A stretch of DNA of 64,000 nucleotides from a virus, in the IMG/VR virus record IMGVR_UViG_3300014202_000564; one strand, given 5' to 3'. The notes beneath the pieces were generated by a model. The model was not told where the DNA came from, ran no database searches, and saw only the letters and a program-made list of their open reading frames with translations. This document shows, piece by piece, positions 37,213 through 45,510 of the stretch (its first letter is position 1; each line of letters starts with the position of its first letter). The position numbers and the translations under genes are program-made.

Positions 37213-37292
37213 GTGAAATTGATGGCACAGTGTGGATTGTGGTTGCTGGGTTGGTCTTATACTTCTTACTATGGGTGTATGACGAATGTTAA
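37209..37292 (+). CDS. very small membrane protein
   Basis: 27 aa, single TM; coupled overlaps on both sides. Confidence 0.3.
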   Translation: MSEIDGTVWIVVAGLVLYFLLWVYDEC

Positions 37293-37471
37293 CAATATTG
37301 GCATGGATACCAGTTGGTGCAGTCGGACTTGCTTGCTTGGTGGTGATCGGGATGCTTGCATGGGATCATCCCTATACTGCAGCATGGGTATTTGGTGCAC
37401 TCTGGTTCTTTTGGGGTGCGATTCACCTTGTGAATCACTATGACACCAATCCAAACAAAGATAATTGGTGA
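37286..37471 (+). CDS. small membrane protein (2 TM)
   Basis: 61-aa track ORF; preferred over alternative-frame 37213-37443. Confidence 0.5.
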   Translation: MLTILAWIPVGAVGLACLVVIGMLAWDHPYTAAWVFGALWFFWGAIHLVNHYDTNPNKDNW

Positions 37472-37659
37472 TGGACTCGCAGCTTTGCATTGTTGAGAAA
37501 GAAAAAATTCTTGAGTATATCCGTGCGGCCCACCTGTTGGAGCTACCCTATCGGATGTCATTGCATCTTATATTGAAGTTGACAAAGGGTCACTGTAACC
37601 CTATTGAAGTCGTTGCGCTCATGGATCAGGTGAATCCTCATTGGAAGAATCATGATTGA
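37471..37659 (+). CDS. hypothetical small protein
   Basis: ATG 37471 overlaps the upstream TGA. Confidence 0.5.
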   Translation: MDSQLCIVEKEKILEYIRAAHLLELPYRMSLHLILKLTKGHCNPIEVVALMDQVNPHWKNHD

Positions 37660-37924
37660 ATATATCTGCCGGGATTGGTATTGCCATAAAATTAGATTTG
37701 TGGTTGAGTTCTGTGGTCTGGTGATTGGCATTGCTATGTCCATCTTGTTGGCACTCACAACCCCTACGCCTCCAATGGTCTATGCGTATATTGGTTGGTT
37801 AATCTCCGCATGCTTGCTTGGTGGGGGTGCGTGGCATCGTGGGTCGTTTGGACTTACTGCTCTCTATGTTGCGTACTTTATCATTGATGGTATCGGACTT
37901 CTTCGAACCTTGGGGGTGCTATGA
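37652..37924 (+). CDS. membrane protein (3 TM)
   Basis: 90-aa track ORF. Confidence 0.55.
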   Translation: MIEYICRDWYCHKIRFVVEFCGLVIGIAMSILLALTTPTPPMVYAYIGWLISACLLGGGAWHRGSFGLTALYVAYFIIDGIGLLRTLGVL

Positions 37925-38163
37925 TGAACATACGCCAACAACGTAGCTTGCTGAACATGATGGAAGTGATTGAGGACATCCTCAAAGACTCATACCCAAG
38001 TTGTCATGTTTGCTATGATCGAGAGTGGATACCGGTGGACGCGCAAACCTTTATTCGGTGCTATGGTGCTCGCATGGGGCAGGGTCTTGCCATTAATATC
38101 GATGAAAAGATTGATGAGTGTTCGGTGCGCCGCGGATGGTGCACATGCCAAAGAGAGGAATAA
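37921..38163 (+). CDS. hypothetical Cys-rich protein
   Basis: 80-aa track ORF; ATGA overlap. Confidence 0.55.
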   Translation: MMNIRQQRSLLNMMEVIEDILKDSYPSCHVCYDREWIPVDAQTFIRCYGARMGQGLAINIDEKIDECSVRRGWCTCQREE

Positions 38164-38164
38164 C

Positions 38165-38242
38165 ATGGATACATTTGACTACCTGGTCATTGCGTTTCTC
38201 TCCATCATGGTTGGGTACTTCTTTCGAGTATGGACTCTATAA
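38165..38242 (+). CDS. very small membrane protein
   Basis: 25 aa, single TM; ATG 2 nt after the upstream stop. Confidence 0.3.
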   Translation: MDTFDYLVIAFLSIMVGYFFRVWTL

Positions 38243-38599
38243 CCCTGCTCTCTTTGCATTCGAAAAGATGAGCTTGGTGAGATCCGCGTACAACGTCACC
38301 CCTGCTTCCCTTCCACAATAGACCGCATAGGTTGCCAGGACCACATGAGTGGGCAACTCCCTCAGTTTGCTTGGTTGATTCGCTTCGAACATCGGGTGGT
38401 TGCTATGAACATGTAACACTTCCTGTGTGTCCAGGTTATAGAACGCATAATACGTTCTGCTCCCCTCATCCCAATAGCTCCTCAGATCCTTGGGTGCCCG
38501 TTCCTTGGGTTGCAAGAAGAACTTACGTCCTTTGTAATCAGGGAACGTGGCTTGAATGATGTGCTTTACGGACTTGAGATCTTTTCCTATGAGCTTCAT
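38237..38599 (-). CDS. hypothetical protein
   Basis: minus strand; ATG 38599 follows AAGGAGG; the in-frame upstream ATG 38629 sits 7 nt after the -10 of its own cassette promoter. Confidence 0.65.
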   Translation of the reverse strand: MKLIGKDLKSVKHIIQATFPDYKGRKFFLQPKERAPKDLRSYWDEGSRTYYAFYNLDTQEVLHVHSNHPMFEANQPSKLRELPTHVVLATYAVYCGREAGVTLYADLTKLIFSNAKRAGL

Positions 38600-38663
38600 G
38601 GTTGCCTCCTTGTTTTCTCCCCTGTCCATGATCTAAGCATACCATATTGGCAGATAGTGTCAA
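38600..38663 (-). promoter_or_regulatory. early-promoter cassette, minus strand
   Basis: read on minus: TTGACA (38663-38658), N16, TGgTATGCT (-10 at 38641-38636), TAGATC, ATG 38629, AAGGAGG. Confidence 0.6.
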
Positions 38664-38683
38664 GTCAACCAAATATTAAAAAT

Positions 38684-38743
38684 TTGACATTTTACGGAGT
38701 TATGGTAATCTGGTAACATGGGGAGTGTATCTAAAAGGATACA
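38684..38743 (+). promoter_or_regulatory. promoter plus cassette hairpin, no ORF downstream
   Basis: TTGACA 38684-38689, N16, TGgTAATCT (-10 at 38706-38711); hairpin TGTATC-TAAAAG-GATACA 38726-38743. Confidence 0.5.
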
Positions 38744-38800
38744 ATGAGTATACTTCTCCACAATACCAGATTACCAAATATATGGAAGCCTGTCAACTGT

Positions 38801-38814
38801 GTTCATTTTTGTAC
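38801..38814 (+). repeat. isolated copy of the iteron GTTCATTTTTGTAC
   Basis: exact 14-mer identical to the units at 36358 and 36474. Confidence 0.6.
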
Positions 38815-39013
38815 ACTGAGAGAACATTAAAAATAATTAATATTGGCTTCTGTGAGGCTTTGTGAGCATGGAACTTGCAAGCCTATGATTTTTGCAATTG
38901 CAAGAGTCGATGGTGTCATTTATACCACTCTATACACACACCCGCCCCTAGGGGGTTTCACCCTCAAAAATCAATTATAGTTTATCATAATAAAAAATCT
39001 TGTCAAGGGGGTC

Positions 39014-39093
39014 TTGACATCACATGCCAGTATGGTATTCTTGGATCATGATGATGACGCAAAAAGTAGATGATCTGAACTAGGAGGCACACA
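39014..39093 (+). promoter_or_regulatory. early-promoter cassette
   Basis: TTGACA 39014, N16, TGgTATTCT (-10 at 39036-39041), ATCATGATGA box with ATG 39048 (+7), 11-codon mini-ORF to 39083, AGGAGG. Confidence 0.65.
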
Positions 39094-39705
39094 ATGTCTA
39101 TTCGTATGATGGTAGACAAAGCTGAGTATGACAAGAACCCTGGTGAGGTTGAGTGCATTGAGAATTACCCAGGTCATGAGATTACGCGAATTCATCACAC
39201 CTATGCTTGTGGTAAGGGGTCGCATGAGGGCCGCGGTGAATCGTGCAGTCAATGTGTCAACTATTCGCCACTGTATATGAAAACGTCTTATGTGGGGTGT
39301 GTGGTCGATACCGGTGAGATCAATGGATATGATGACTCGGACTTTTACGCGGTTGTGTGGGATGATGCCAAACAGGAATTTAAACGAGTGGTCTATGCTT
39401 CAACTCGCGGCTGGTCCTATCCAAATGGTGCTTCGATTGATGCGACTCCCGAAATTGCTGCCAAGTATGCTGAGATGCAAGAAGCAAAATATAGAGCGAT
39501 ACAGGAACGTAAGCGGATGGACCGGTTGATGCGAGTGGAGCGCGGGAAGCAGGTTAAAATTGTTCGGGGTCGCAAGCTTCCAAAGGGATTAATCGGGATC
39601 TGTTTCTGGGTAGGTCAGACACGGTTTGGTTGGTCGGTTGGGATCGAGTCGGAACGGGGTCGAGAGTTCACAGCGTTAGGGAATGTGGAAGTGATTCTTG
39701 CTTGA
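39094..39705 (+). CDS. hypothetical protein
   Basis: 203-aa track ORF behind AGGAGG. Confidence 0.7.
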   Translation: MSIRMMVDKAEYDKNPGEVECIENYPGHEITRIHHTYACGKGSHEGRGESCSQCVNYSPLYMKTSYVGCVVDTGEINGYDDSDFYAVVWDDAKQEFKRVVYASTRGWSYPNGASIDATPEIAAKYAEMQEAKYRAIQERKRMDRLMRVERGKQVKIVRGRKLPKGLIGICFWVGQTRFGWSVGIESERGREFTALGNVEVILA

Positions 39706-39730
39706 CAATAACGGCAGACATGGAGGCACC

Positions 39731-39976
39731 ATGATTCCAGAACCATGCACACAAAAAGAAGGGGTCTATACACAGGACGATATTGTGAAGTGGTATGTGG
39801 TGAGCAACTACAGGCGAGCGCATGTGTTGCAAGAGGGTGATGGGTTTGTGTATCGAGTGTTCGAAATGGTTGACCATCCAAGCGGGTCCAAGGTACATGG
39901 ACGAGTGATCTATATGGGTCGCCGCAAAACCCTGGAGGGTGCGAGGGGACGCGCATTATCGTACATATGGAGATAG
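39731..39976 (+). CDS. hypothetical protein
   Basis: ATG 39731 follows GGAGG (track start 39698). Confidence 0.6.
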   Translation: MIPEPCTQKEGVYTQDDIVKWYVVSNYRRAHVLQEGDGFVYRVFEMVDHPSGSKVHGRVIYMGRRKTLEGARGRALSYIWR

Positions 39977-40070
39977 TGTATCCTTTTAGATACACCAGAA
40001 AACCTGACACTTGACTATTCTGGCACCTATGGTATTCTTGGATCATGATGATCAAGACACCAAAGGAGAC
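39976..40070 (+). promoter_or_regulatory. hairpin + early-promoter cassette
   Basis: GTGTATC-CTTTTA-GATACAC 39976-39995; TTGACT 40011, N16, TGgTATTCT (-10 at 40033-40038); ATG 40045 (+7); mini-ORF stop overlaps ATG 40071. Confidence 0.65.
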
Positions 40071-40553
40071 ATGATGATTCAACCTCTCAAACAACGTAAG
40101 AATGAATGTTGGGTCACTTCGTTAGCAATGGTCACTGGAAAAGCGGTTGATGAGTTGTTGAAAGAATTCGAGACCCTGGCAGGTATGGAATACCATGCCT
40201 CGATTGCAGCACGGAGACCGGATGGGACACAAGATTTTACTTGGTTTCAGACAGCGAACACAATGATGAAACAGTATGGATTTCAGGGTCAACCCGGATC
40301 TACCTTTGCGACTGGACTATTCGATACCCCATTTCTGGGGTTGAAGCGAGTGAACCTCACTGAATCCTTGTTACATGGGAAGGGTATTTTGGGGGTCGCA
40401 TTGGGGAAGCGCACGGCACATGCGGTTGCGTTTGAAGATGGAAAGATCTATGAGCCGAACTGTGGAACCGGTGGCCTGCCATTCAAGGAGTGGAAAAAAT
40501 TATATCGAGTTCGAGTCTATCGGTGGCGCATTGATCGATGCCAGAAAGGATAA
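40071..40553 (+). CDS. hypothetical protein, possible papain-like cysteine peptidase
   Basis: ATG 40071 follows AGGAG; NECWVTSLAMV (Cys) and RTAHAVAF (His) suggest a Cys-His dyad. Confidence 0.35.
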   Translation: MMIQPLKQRKNECWVTSLAMVTGKAVDELLKEFETLAGMEYHASIAARRPDGTQDFTWFQTANTMMKQYGFQGQPGSTFATGLFDTPFLGLKRVNLTESLLHGKGILGVALGKRTAHAVAFEDGKIYEPNCGTGGLPFKEWKKLYRVRVYRWRIDRCQKG

Positions 40554-40555
40554 CG

Positions 40556-40771
40556 ATGAAGATTTTTATCTGGGAATATGTTGAAGAGCTGACGGACCAA
40601 TATCATTCTGATGGAGGGTTGGTGATCATTGCACAAGATGAGGAGCGAGCGAGACAGCTAGCAGCAGAGCGTGATGTGAAGTTCAGAGATGATGAAGTGC
40701 CGGTATCCTATGACATCACAGCAGAGAAGGAAAAGGTCTACATTTTCCCCGATAACGGGTGCTGTTCATAA
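40556..40771 (+). CDS. hypothetical protein
   Basis: ATG 40556, 2 nt after the upstream stop. Confidence 0.55.
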   Translation: MKIFIWEYVEELTDQYHSDGGLVIIAQDEERARQLAAERDVKFRDDEVPVSYDITAEKEKVYIFPDNGCCS

Positions 40772-40786
40772 GGAAGGATTGGAGAC

Positions 40787-41185
40787 ATGGAACAGGATGA
40801 AATGGACGCGATGTTTAAACGGATCAGGTTAGATATCGCTCAGTATGACCTACGCCCAGGCACCGTTGTGGATCTGGGTGCAGAGCATGGAACATACATT
40901 GTGGCACTGACGATTCTTGGTAAGAGAATGGAGAGTCAACTACGAGATCGGAGAATTTGGAAGCTGTTCACACTGGTCAACTTGAGCTGCGGGATTACCT
41001 GGGCAGCACCAATTCCAGTCATGAGTGAGGGGACCATTGACATCAGGAAGCTGTTGAGGGGTGGGGATGACGAGAGAGCGCGGGTAACCAAGGTCACCTA
41101 TCAGGGGGGACTGGAGGAGAAGAAAAGGAAGTATCTGGTAGAGTGGGAAGGGAAGCGGACGTTCGAAGCGACTGTATCCAATTAG
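40787..41185 (+). CDS. hypothetical protein (paralog of 44534-44911)
   Basis: RIWKLFTLVNLSCGITWAAPIPVMSEGTIDIRKLLRG vs KIWALFCLVDISNGSIYEEPVPIMSEGYIDLRRLMG. Confidence 0.65.
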   Translation: MEQDEMDAMFKRIRLDIAQYDLRPGTVVDLGAEHGTYIVALTILGKRMESQLRDRRIWKLFTLVNLSCGITWAAPIPVMSEGTIDIRKLLRGGDDERARVTKVTYQGGLEEKKRKYLVEWEGKRTFEATVSN

Positions 41186-41225
41186 ATACACTTGACACTA
41201 TCTGCCAGTATGATAGACTTTGATC
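41173..41225 (+). promoter_or_regulatory. hairpin + early-promoter cassette
   Basis: TGTATC-CAATTA-GATACA 41173-41190; TTGACA 41192, N16, TGaTAGACT (-10 at 41214-41219); ATG 41226 at +7. Confidence 0.65.
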
Positions 41226-41336
41226 ATGATGAAGGTGATCAAAAGGGTAGCGAAGGAAATCAGGATTCTGGTGGAAGCATGGAAGCGGACTCAGCGCATG
41301 CCGTGCCCACAGTATACTGAGATCTTTGAACACTAG
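41226..41336 (+). CDS. 36-codon leader ORF starting at the predicted transcript 5' end
   Basis: MMKVIKRVAKEIRILVEAWKRTQRMPCPQYTEIFEH*; stops 9 nt before ATG 41346. Confidence 0.3.
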   Translation: MMKVIKRVAKEIRILVEAWKRTQRMPCPQYTEIFEH

Positions 41337-41345
41337 GAGGCAATC

Positions 41346-41552
41346 ATGATTGGGTATGTGATTACAGATGGAGCAGGTCGAAAGCTGGATGGCGGTCAGA
41401 CGCGGGCGCAAGTGGTCGCTGCGGTTCAGCGATTGCTCAGCGACATGAACGTGGTCATACCGAAGCTTCCAAAAGCAGGGTACACAGTGGTCCTAGCACT
41501 CCCAATTGGTAAGTATCTTGGTGTTGATCAGTTGCGGATACAGAAGGTCTGA
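41346..41552 (+). CDS. hypothetical protein
   Basis: 68-aa track ORF behind AGGAGG. Confidence 0.6.
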   Translation: MIGYVITDGAGRKLDGGQTRAQVVAAVQRLLSDMNVVIPKLPKAGYTVVLALPIGKYLGVDQLRIQKV

Positions 41553-41584
41553 GAGATCCTTGAACACATGGAGGAAGGCGTCTC

Positions 41585-41779
41585 ATGATCATTGAAGAAT
41601 TCACACATAATAAGAGATATAGTGGGTTTACTATTCGTTTTCAGAACCGTCCAAGCATGATCTACACCTATGATTACCTGTTGACTCGTATGAACGTGGA
41701 CCCCTTACTCAAGACCCTTTCGCGGGAAGTCAAAGAGAACATACAGTTGTCGGTGTTTCGAGAGAAGAATGCATCATAG
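41585..41779 (+). CDS. hypothetical protein
   Basis: 64-aa track ORF behind GGAGG. Confidence 0.55.
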   Translation: MIIEEFTHNKRYSGFTIRFQNRPSMIYTYDYLLTRMNVDPLLKTLSREVKENIQLSVFREKNAS

Positions 41780-41783
41780 TGGC

Positions 41784-41810
41784 GAAACAATCAAAAAGAA
41801 TAGGAGCAAT
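41784..41810 (+). repeat. 27-nt direct repeat, copy 1
   Basis: GAAACAATCAAAAAGAATAGGAGCAAT, identical to 42038-42064. Confidence 0.8.
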
Positions 41811-41817
41811 AGGAGAG

Positions 41818-42033
41818 ATGATGAAGCAGAAAGATCATAGGTTGTCTAAGGGTGTGTTGGACCTATATGAGAGAGAAATCGACGGACTTGAGCGGCAGGT
41901 CCAGTGCATGGCTCTAGAGATTTATAGACAACAAGTTTCATTAAAACGTATGATAGAGGAACAAAAAGACAGGAAGAAGCAGGTTGAGAAGTTGATGCGC
42001 GTGGTGATTCAACATCACAAGTGTACATCCTAA
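41818..42033 (+). CDS. hypothetical coiled-coil protein
   Basis: ATG 41818 follows GGAG (track GTG 41779). Confidence 0.5.
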   Translation: MMKQKDHRLSKGVLDLYEREIDGLERQVQCMALEIYRQQVSLKRMIEEQKDRKKQVEKLMRVVIQHHKCTS

Positions 42034-42037
42034 TGGT

Positions 42038-42064
42038 GAAACAATCAAAAAGAATAGGAGCAAT
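42038..42064 (+). repeat. 27-nt direct repeat, copy 2
   Basis: GAAACAATCAAAAAGAATAGGAGCAAT; supplies the RBS of ATG 42068. Confidence 0.8.
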
Positions 42065-42067
42065 CAC

Positions 42068-42289
42068 ATGAAAGATGCACTAGGAAAAACGATTACAAAG
42101 GGATGCAAGATAGCAGGACTTGCACTCAGTTCATGGACTACGCCGTGGTTCTATGTCGGAAAGATTTCGGGAATGTCAAAACGGACTGACTCAGTGTATG
42201 TGAAGGTTGCAGGTGAGGAATTTCTTGTTCCTGCAGGGGAATGTGTCGTTGTGAAATCGGCACGGCGTGTATCCAAAAAGATACAGTGA
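42068..42289 (+). CDS. hypothetical protein
   Basis: 73-aa track ORF. Confidence 0.55.
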   Translation: MKDALGKTITKGCKIAGLALSSWTTPWFYVGKISGMSKRTDSVYVKVAGEEFLVPAGECVVVKSARRVSKKIQ

Positions 42290-42323
42290 CAATAATTGTC
42301 ATATTTTTAATGTTTCTGGTGAC

Positions 42324-42387
42324 TTGACAAGATTGGCATATATGCTAGACTCAGAATGTAAGGGAAATAAACAAGGGAGGTAGAAAG
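42324..42387 (+). promoter_or_regulatory. early-promoter cassette (no ATCATGATGA box)
   Basis: TTGACA 42324, N16, TGcTAGACT (-10 at 42346-42351), GGGAGG RBS; same layout as 57743-57808. Confidence 0.6.
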
Positions 42388-42948
42388 ATGGCATATATGA
42401 GTCAAGAGAAAAAGAAGAAGATTGCTGAGGAGCTGAAGAAGGCACTCAAGGGAACCGGACTCAAGTATACCTTGGGGGTACACAATCACAGCACATTGGT
42501 GATGAACATCAAGAGCGGTCCAATTGATTTCATCGGTAACCATGTCAAGACCATGTTGGATAAAGCGTATACGTTGCAAGATTACCAGAAAGAAGCAATC
42601 GAAGCTTTGCCCAAACAAGGGTACATGGATATCAATCATTATTGGTATCATGAGCATTTCACTGGGGTTGCGCTGGAAGTCATGAAGAAGATCATCGATA
42701 CCATGCACATTGGAAACCATGATAACAGTGATCCGATGACGGACTACTTCGATGTGGGATGGTATGTTGATGTCAACGTAGGGAAATGGGAGAAGCCCTA
42801 TGTATGCACTGCTCATGATCCGGCGATTGAGGATGCAATACAGAACGCGAAGGATGCCAAGAAGGTGGAATTGGAAAAGAAGATTGTGGAGTTGAAGGAT
42901 CAATTGAATCAAGCGGTGGTCCAGTATCAGGAGTTGGTAGCAGCATAG
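42388..42948 (+). CDS. hypothetical protein (paralog of 57809-58222)
   Basis: MAYMSQEKKKKIAEELKKALKGTGLKYTLGVHNHSTL vs MAYMSQERKKEIAEQLKKVLAGTGIKYTLGVDNHSTL; adds a C-terminal coiled extension. Confidence 0.7.
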   Translation: MAYMSQEKKKKIAEELKKALKGTGLKYTLGVHNHSTLVMNIKSGPIDFIGNHVKTMLDKAYTLQDYQKEAIEALPKQGYMDINHYWYHEHFTGVALEVMKKIIDTMHIGNHDNSDPMTDYFDVGWYVDVNVGKWEKPYVCTAHDPAIEDAIQNAKDAKKVELEKKIVELKDQLNQAVVQYQELVAA

Positions 42949-42980
42949 GGGGACATGCGGATAGAGAGAAAGGAACCAGG

Positions 42981-43193
42981 ATGATCAAGGTGCACAAACC
43001 AAACAACATCTATGCCGTATTGAGTGATCATGATTTTTTGATCTGCAAGGAGATCGGTGAAGGACAACTTCGTGCAGTGCATAGTTCTATAACACATGCT
43101 CGCGCTCAGGAAACCATCATGGAGTGGGGTGAATTGAGGAGCATTGTGTATGCGATTGTACCGAGAAAAGATGTTGAATGGGTGGAGTGGTGA
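42981..43193 (+). CDS. hypothetical protein
   Basis: 70-aa track ORF. Confidence 0.55.
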   Translation: MIKVHKPNNIYAVLSDHDFLICKEIGEGQLRAVHSSITHARAQETIMEWGELRSIVYAIVPRKDVEWVEW

Positions 43194-43396
43194 GAAAACA
43201 CAAAAAGACCATGCAGGGGCGCTGGCTTCTAGAGTGGTGGGACGAAACCAGCATGTATGATCCAGAGGGGGTTTGGCAAGGTGGATCTGAGTGCTACATG
43301 AGATTCTATCGAGCATGGATTCCAAACAGCATTAAGCGTCATGATGTCGATGAACAGATGAACTATTTGGAGACACACCCTCAAGCGTATGTATGA
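43178..43396 (+). CDS. hypothetical protein
   Basis: 72-aa track ORF; 16-nt overlap with the upstream ORF. Confidence 0.5.
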   Translation: MGGVVRKHKKTMQGRWLLEWWDETSMYDPEGVWQGGSECYMRFYRAWIPNSIKRHDVDEQMNYLETHPQAYV

Positions 43397-43397
43397 C

Positions 43398-43498
43398 TGT
43401 ATCCTTTTAGATACACCCGAAAATTTGATACTTGACTTTCCTGGCACCTATGGTATTCTTAGATCATGATGATGAACAAGAAAACCAAGGGGGAAACG
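43398..43498 (+). promoter_or_regulatory. hairpin + early-promoter cassette
   Basis: TGTATC-CTTTTA-GATACA 43398-43415; TTGACT 43432, N16, TGgTATTCT (-10 at 43454-43459); ATG 43466 (+7, in frame); AACAAGAAAACCAAGGGGGA. Confidence 0.7.
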
Positions 43499-43966
43499 AT
43501 GAAGACACCAACACTCGCTGCGTTTAAATTGTGGGCGAAGGTCAACAAGGAACTTGCGTTGATGGTCTGTAAAGCTCAAGCACAGGCAGAGCTGGTGCGG
43601 GAACATGTTGACTCGTATACACAACCAATCTTCGAAACCTACGGGTTCAAGGTTGATGCCGACATCACAAAGGGGATGACGGATTACGGACGGCCCCTCG
43701 ATAAACCTTCTGACCTGTACTTGACGGATGACCCCAGGGTGACAGAGTACTATGCAGCATGTGACAAAGCACACAAAGAGCAGGGGTACGATGTGCAAGC
43801 GGGGTATTGCCCAGCACTTGTTGCAGAGCATGAGCTGATTAAGATCCAGAATCAGCTCTTAGAGAGTGGTGCTAAATTGATGGGGATCGAGGACATCCCA
43901 GTATATGGAAAAAATCGAGTGGACATGTTGAAGCTCTTGATCGGTGCATGTACCGCAAAGCAATAG
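43499..43966 (+). CDS. hypothetical protein
   Basis: ATG 43499 follows AAGGGGGA; track start 43466 is the in-frame +7 ATG. Confidence 0.65.
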   Translation: MKTPTLAAFKLWAKVNKELALMVCKAQAQAELVREHVDSYTQPIFETYGFKVDADITKGMTDYGRPLDKPSDLYLTDDPRVTEYYAACDKAHKEQGYDVQAGYCPALVAEHELIKIQNQLLESGAKLMGIEDIPVYGKNRVDMLKLLIGACTAKQ

Positions 43967-43978
43967 GAGAAGAGGAAC

Positions 43979-44173
43979 ATGGGAATCTGGTTTCAAAAGA
44001 CCACAGATAAAAGCGCAGTGATCTATCGAGTCAATGACCGGTATCTCTATGATGTCTATGCACTTTGGATGGGTCGCTATGGTAAACTTGTCAATGGTCC
44101 GTTGTTGCAGACCGGCAGCATGGATACACTTGAACAAGCAAAGAGGATGTGTTTGTCTTATTTGTACGCATAA
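43979..44173 (+). CDS. hypothetical protein
   Basis: 64-aa track ORF behind AGGAG. Confidence 0.55.
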   Translation: MGIWFQKTTDKSAVIYRVNDRYLYDVYALWMGRYGKLVNGPLLQTGSMDTLEQAKRMCLSYLYA

Positions 44174-44248
44174 TGGCAAATAAACCACTAGCCCAAGGTG
44201 ATACCATGTAACCGATATCTGGCATTTAACTTTTAACATGGAGACATT

Positions 44249-44485
44249 ATGAAAACCGAGATCGAGACAGTGACAGTGACATACTGCAGAGATTTTACTT
44301 GTTCAGTCTGCCGAAAAAGTGAAATGGGTCCAAAGGTGACGATGGTTTATCATGGTGGTGGGTTGCCGGGCACAAGTATGCTGCGGTTCAATGCGAGATA
44401 TTCGTATCCAAAGGGATGGAACTGTGTGACAGCTAGAGAAGATGGGTTGATTCTCTATACCTGTGTCTCATGTATCAAACAATAA
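44249..44485 (+). CDS. hypothetical Cys-rich protein
   Basis: 78 aa; CSVC...CVSC pairs; GGAG RBS. Confidence 0.55.
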   Translation: MKTEIETVTVTYCRDFTCSVCRKSEMGPKVTMVYHGGGLPGTSMLRFNARYSYPKGWNCVTAREDGLILYTCVSCIKQ

Positions 44486-44487
44486 GC

Positions 44488-44533
44488 TTGACAAGCTCTC
44501 TACCACTTGATAGACTCTGAATCGGAGGCGGTG
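44488..44533 (+). promoter_or_regulatory. early-promoter cassette (no ATCATGATGA box)
   Basis: TTGACA 44488, N17, TGaTAGACT (-10 at 44511-44516), GGAGG. Confidence 0.55.
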
Positions 44534-44911
44534 ATGACAGACGAAAATCTACAAGAAATTATAGAAGATGTGGATAGAGAGATGGAGCGGTATTGGGTGA
44601 GATCGGGTGAACAGGTCACAATGAGGCGCGTCTTGACTGATGGTGAGTTTGTCGTCAGTCGAATCCTCATGCAGGGTGAGATCGCGCAAGCGTTGAATGA
44701 TAAGAAGATCTGGGCACTCTTTTGCTTGGTCGATATCTCAAACGGGTCGATCTATGAAGAACCGGTGCCGATCATGAGTGAGGGGTATATCGATCTGCGG
44801 CGGTTGATGGGATCTACCAAGATTGTGTACATGAATACGAGGGGGTTTGTGAGGACCTATAAAGCAACAGCACATGATGGGTACGAATTCATTATGAAGG
44901 TGAAACGATGA
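44534..44911 (+). CDS. hypothetical protein (paralog of 40787-41185)
   Basis: ATG 44534 follows GGAGG; shared PVPIMSEGYIDLRRL core. Confidence 0.65.
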   Translation: MTDENLQEIIEDVDREMERYWVRSGEQVTMRRVLTDGEFVVSRILMQGEIAQALNDKKIWALFCLVDISNGSIYEEPVPIMSEGYIDLRRLMGSTKIVYMNTRGFVRTYKATAHDGYEFIMKVKR

Positions 44912-45087
44912 TAGCACTCTATGTTCGAACGGTGGGGATGGAAGTTGGAAAACGCTACCGGTCTCTGGAAGTGGTTGGTGAGTTTTCCTATGATGGTGCA
45001 CAATACTGGCATCATACGGTCCTTGGTGAAACGGTGCACATTCACCCGGATCTTAGATCTATCTGGATTCCGAAGGACCCAGCATGA
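44908..45087 (+). CDS. hypothetical small protein
   Basis: 59 aa; ATGA overlaps at both ends; preferred over track ORF 44921-45127 in another frame. Confidence 0.45.
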   Translation: MIALYVRTVGMEVGKRYRSLEVVGEFSYDGAQYWHHTVLGETVHIHPDLRSIWIPKDPA

Positions 45088-45335
45088 AGAAGATGACGCG
45101 ACAGGATGCTATCTCTCTATTGAATAGAACACTTGAAGATGTAGCATTTTATCGTTTTGAAACTAAAGTCTTACTGAACCGTGATCATGCAAATTCACAT
45201 GAAATATTGATACTCCTTCTTTCGAAACTGAAGGAAGTCGAGGAGAAGTTAGATCGGGTGTTAGATGAAGCGGGGGTCAATGAAGCGTCCAATAAAGCAA
45301 TTGAGGAATTGATGAAACGGGGGATACAACCATGA
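45084..45335 (+). CDS. hypothetical protein
   Basis: 83-aa track ORF. Confidence 0.55.
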   Translation: MKKMTRQDAISLLNRTLEDVAFYRFETKVLLNRDHANSHEILILLLSKLKEVEEKLDRVLDEAGVNEASNKAIEELMKRGIQP

Positions 45336-45508
45336 GTAAGGATACACTATGGGAATTTCGCGCCGTGTTGTGGTTGATGTTTGCGTTTATATTGTCACAT
45401 GATGATCGAGGGGGTTGGATGCAACTCATTGCGCTTGCCTTAGCGGGGGTGTCAATATTCATGTCCCTACTCCATCTGGTAGTCGATTACTATATTAACC
45501 GGAAGTAG
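45332..45508 (+). CDS. small membrane protein
   Basis: 58 aa, two TM; ATGA overlap with the upstream gene. Confidence 0.45.
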   Translation: MSKDTLWEFRAVLWLMFAFILSHDDRGGWMQLIALALAGVSIFMSLLHLVVDYYINRK

Positions 45509-45510
45509 CG

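Noticed and set aside
39976-39995. Cassette hairpins as rho-independent terminators
   Set aside because: None of the ten copies is followed by a T-tract, and the stems are only 6-7 bp and AT-rich. They are reported as hairpins of unknown role instead.
44921-45127. Track ORFs 44921-45127, 37213-37443, 51503-51748, 32167-32358 and 36140-36409(-)
   Set aside because: Alternative-frame ORFs at the same places give coupled ATGA/TGATG junctions, RBSs or transmembrane helices (44908-45087, 37209-37292 plus 37286-37471, 51552-51644 plus 51654-51764, 32216-32386). The minus ORFs at 36140-36409 lie in the repeat and promoter region and have no signals.
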